From contig JBIIOK010000001.1 of the NCBI GenBank assembly GCA_044336985.1, forward strand, positions 4,998 through 68,997: a stretch of 64,000 nt of DNA, in the 5' to 3' direction. The first letter of the stretch is position 1. Every line of letters starts with the position of its first letter. Under the pieces are notes generated by a model. That model had not been told where the DNA came from. It did no database searches and worked only from the letters and a program-made list of their open reading frames with translations. This document shows, in pieces, positions 61,750-64,000 of this stretch. The translations under genes and the position numbers were made by a program. Source of the stretch: Pirellulales bacterium. GTDB lineage: Bacteria; Planctomycetota; Planctomycetia; Pirellulales; UBA1268.

Positions 61750-63054
61750 ATGACCACAGCATCCACTCCCGGCTGCTCGCGCCGCACACTGCTCCGCGGC
61801 ATCGGCGTGTCGATGGCATTGCCCTGGCTCGAGTCGCTGCCGCGGGCCGTGGCTGCCGCCGCGACTGCTGCCGATCAGCCGCCCACCCGCACGCTCGTCA
61901 CGTTCACCGGCATGGGCTTCCACTCGCAGCACTGGTGGGCGAAGGGAGAGGGCGCGGCCATGGAACTCGGGCCCTGCCTCAAGCCGCTCGAGCCGTGGCG
62001 GGAGCGGATGGTGTTTCTCCGCGGCCTGTGGCACGAGAAGGCCAACAACGGCGTGATCCACTGCATGCAGACGGGCAACATCCTCAGCGGCGCGCCGATG
62101 GAGAAGAAGGAGGTCCGCACGGGCGTGAGCTTCGACCAGATGATGGCGCAGAAGATCGGCGACCGGACGAAGGTCCCGTCGCTCGTGCTCGGCTGCGAGG
62201 AGGCCGTGCCCGGCCTTCAGGACGGTCATCCGTGCCTCTACGGATCACACATCTCTTGGAGTTCGGCCGTGTCGCCGACCTGGACGGAGACGCGGCCGGC
62301 GCTCGCCTTCGACCAGCTCTTCCGCACCGATCGCGGCCGCGAAGATCGCCGCGTGGTCGACGCCGTGCTCGAAGACGCCCGCTCGATCCAGCGGCGACTC
62401 TCCGTGTCGGACCGGCAGCGGTTCGAGGAGTATCTCGGCAGCGTCCACGAGATCGAGGGCCGCATCAAGCGGGCCGACAAGGAACAGGCCGCCGGCGACT
62501 GGAAGCCGACGCTCGCCGCCCCCGATTGCGAACGGCCGGCCGACGGCATCCCGCCGGAATTACCGGAATACTGGCGGCTGATGAACGACATCCTGCTGCT
62601 CGCCTTCCGCACCGACTCCACGCGGATCGCGACCATGAAGTATTGCAACGACGCCTCGGCGATCGTGTACAGCCACCTCGGGATCCGCGACAACCACCAC
62701 TATCTGTCCCACACGCAGCCGGAGACGCTGATCGCCCTCAACCAGTTCTTCACGTCGCAGCTGGCCTACCTCTGCGAGAAGATGTCGGAGGTGCAGGAGG
62801 GCGACCGCACGCTGCTCGACAACACGGCGATCATGCACTGCTCGAGCATGCTGCACGGCAACCACGACGCGAAGCAGCTGCCGGTGCTGCTCCTCGGCGG
62901 GGCCGGCGGCAGGCTCAGGGGCGGACGGTCGCTCGACTACCTCGAGGCGCCCAACCGGCGGATGTGCAGCCTGTTCCTCCACATGATGGACTGGGGCGGC
63001 CTCGAACTCGACAGCTTCGGCGACTCGAACGAGCGGCTGCCGGGCATCGTCTGA
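61750..63054 (+). CDS. DUF1552 protein with twin-arginine signal, pair 2
   Basis: The internal ATG at 61750 follows AAAGGA. N-terminus: MTTASTPGCSRRTLLRGIGVSMALPWLESL. Colinear with 56359-57687 (FTGMGFH, GNILSGAP, SLVLGCE, HYLSHT, HCSSMLHGNHDAKQLPVLLLG). Confidence 0.9.
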   Translation: MTTASTPGCSRRTLLRGIGVSMALPWLESLPRAVAAAATAADQPPTRTLVTFTGMGFHSQHWWAKGEGAAMELGPCLKPLEPWRERMVFLRGLWHEKANNGVIHCMQTGNILSGAPMEKKEVRTGVSFDQMMAQKIGDRTKVPSLVLGCEEAVPGLQDGHPCLYGSHISWSSAVSPTWTETRPALAFDQLFRTDRGREDRRVVDAVLEDARSIQRRLSVSDRQRFEEYLGSVHEIEGRIKRADKEQAAGDWKPTLAAPDCERPADGIPPELPEYWRLMNDILLLAFRTDSTRIATMKYCNDASAIVYSHLGIRDNHHYLSHTQPETLIALNQFFTSQLAYLCEKMSEVQEGDRTLLDNTAIMHCSSMLHGNHDAKQLPVLLLGGAGGRLRGGRSLDYLEAPNRRMCSLFLHMMDWGGLELDSFGDSNERLPGIV

Positions 63055-63361
63055 CCGAGGGCAGCACTTCCGGGAGCCGCTGATTGGTTGCCGGGGAACG
63101 CCGCACCAGCCTCCCCAGCCGCCCATCAACTCGAAAATGCCTGCGGACATGCTGGCGGAAGTGCCATTGACCGGACTCTACCTTGGCCTGCTCGCCGAAA
63201 TCCTCGCCGAAGCCGATGAAATCTCACGCTGAGCGGAAAGAGAGCCAATAGACTGGAGTCGCCACGATCGCTCGTCAGTCACTGCAGCCAGTGGTTCCTG
63301 CACCGCCACCTCGCGAGGCGGTGAGGCTGCTCAACGCCCGCATGAGCGGACGAGCCTTCCA

Positions 63362-64000
63362 ATGACGCACACGCCCGTGACCGACCCCACCGCGATCTAC
63401 CGCTACCGCGAGTCGCTCACTGCGATCGATGCGCTCACCGCGGCGATCGTGCATCTCGATCTCTTCACGTCGCTCGCCGCCAACCCCGCCGACCTGCCCA
63501 CGATCTGCCGAAGGTTCTCGATCCACCCGCGGCCGGCCGACACGCTCTGCACCCTCTTGCTCGCCAACGGCCTCGTGCGGCGGGACGATGACGGCATCCT
63601 GCACGTCACCGACACCGCGCGGGAGTTTCTTGTGGCAGGCGCACCGTTCGACGCGCGGCCCTACTACGCGAGCATCGCCGAGAAGCCGGGCGTTGCCGAC
63701 TTCCTCACGGTGCTGCGGACCGACCGCCCCGCCAACTGGCCGGGGGAGGAGGGGGAGGCCGACTGGCATGCCGCGATGCGGACGGAGGCGTTCGCGGAAT
63801 CGTTCACCGCCGCCATGGACTGCCGCGGCCGCGTGCTCGGGCCGGGGCTGGTCGCGGCCCTTGCCGCAAGCCCGCCCCATCGACTGCTGGACGTCGGCGG
63901 CGGATCGGGCGCGTATGCAATCGCGGTCGCGCGGGCGTTTCCCCAGGCCCGCGCGACGGTTCTCGAAGCAGCACCCGTCGACGGAATCGCGAGGCGGACG
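63362..64000 (+). CDS. Class I SAM-dependent O-methyltransferase (dimerisation domain + MT domain), 3' end cut by the right window edge
   Basis: Not in the ORF track because there is no stop in the window. The ATG at 63362 gives MTHTPVTDPTAIYRYRESLTAIDALTAAIVHLDLFTSLAANPADLPTICRRFSIHPRPADTLCTLLLANGLVRRDDDG... and ...HRLLDVGGGSGAYAIAVARAFP (SAM motif I). It is open for 213 codons to nt 64000. Confidence 0.75.
   Translation, partial: MTHTPVTDPTAIYRYRESLTAIDALTAAIVHLDLFTSLAANPADLPTICRRFSIHPRPADTLCTLLLANGLVRRDDDGILHVTDTAREFLVAGAPFDARPYYASIAEKPGVADFLTVLRTDRPANWPGEEGEADWHAAMRTEAFAESFTAAMDCRGRVLGPGLVAALAASPPHRLLDVGGGSGAYAIAVARAFPQARATVLEAAPVDGIARRT

Noticed and set aside
57852-61802. 1316-aa ORF on the minus strand, the longest antisense ORF in the window.
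   Set aside because: It lies exactly opposite the DUF1592-family gene 57834..61715, which has clear family motifs. Its own product is Arg/Gly/Pro/His-rich and poor in Lys/Asn/Phe/Tyr, with no recognisable motif. Stop-free antisense frames like this are typical of high-GC DNA.
63137-63232. 31-codon ORF (MPADMLAEVPLTGLYLGLLAEILAEADEISR) between the DUF1552 and methyltransferase genes.
   Set aside because: It is too short, has no ribosome-binding site and no recognisable family. It could be a gene fragment, but that cannot be supported from the sequence alone.
63275-63880. 201-aa minus-strand ORF.
   Set aside because: It is antisense to the plus-strand O-methyltransferase, which has a clear SAM-binding motif (LLDVGGGSG) and stays open to the window edge.

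Overview
This is a high-GC bacterial chromosome segment. Its gene content points to the PVC superphylum (Planctomycetota/Verrucomicrobiota): a Rhodopirellula/Verrucomicrobium-type ECF sigma factor, Pirellula/Verrucomicrobium-type dehydrogenase and heme-binding domains, and PSCyt/DUF1592 + DUF1552 gene pairs. All domain calls rest on motif recognition by eye; no searches were run. I support about 38 protein-coding genes, 3 gene remnants or frameshifted genes, one REP/RAYT repeat family, and a few regulatory candidates. I found no rRNA, tRNA or CRISPR.

Layout:
- 1-2.5 kb: Bat-like module (BatA-like, DUF58).
- 2.7-5.1 kb: accessory patch with a GNAT/RHH toxin-antitoxin pair, a REP-associated tyrosine transposase flanked by REPs, and a glycosidase gene remnant bracketed by REP doublets.
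- 5.2-22 kb: ECF sigma/anti-sigma, a PQQ-type dehydrogenase-cytochrome c fusion, and two tandem paralogous ~1765-aa secreted multi-lectin/beta-propeller proteins. A nucleotidyltransferase cassette and a REP sit between the two paralogs.
- 22-25.4 kb: bifunctional esterase and an MNT/HEPN pair whose HEPN gene is frameshifted at the catalytic motif.
- 25.7-43.1 kb: a tightly packed ten-gene operon. It couples three exported YbgF/BamD-like TPR proteins (one of 2672 aa) to ExbB/TolQ, two ExbD/TolR, a TolA/TonB-like stub, a DUF4159 membrane protein and one more membrane protein.
- 43.3-51.9 kb: alaA, a RidA remnant, a shortened dehydrogenase-like gene, YhcH, a CE15-DUF1080 esterase, a DUF4143 ATPase and yeiH.
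- 52-63 kb: two tandem DUF1592-family/DUF1552 pairs.
- 63.4 kb to the edge: a partial O-methyltransferase.

The best candidates for new biology are the Tol-like/giant-TPR operon, the sigma-controlled duplicated giant-protein locus, and the REP/RAYT system that marks rearrangement points. Many very long antisense ORFs, up to 1316 aa, are high-GC artefacts and were rejected.
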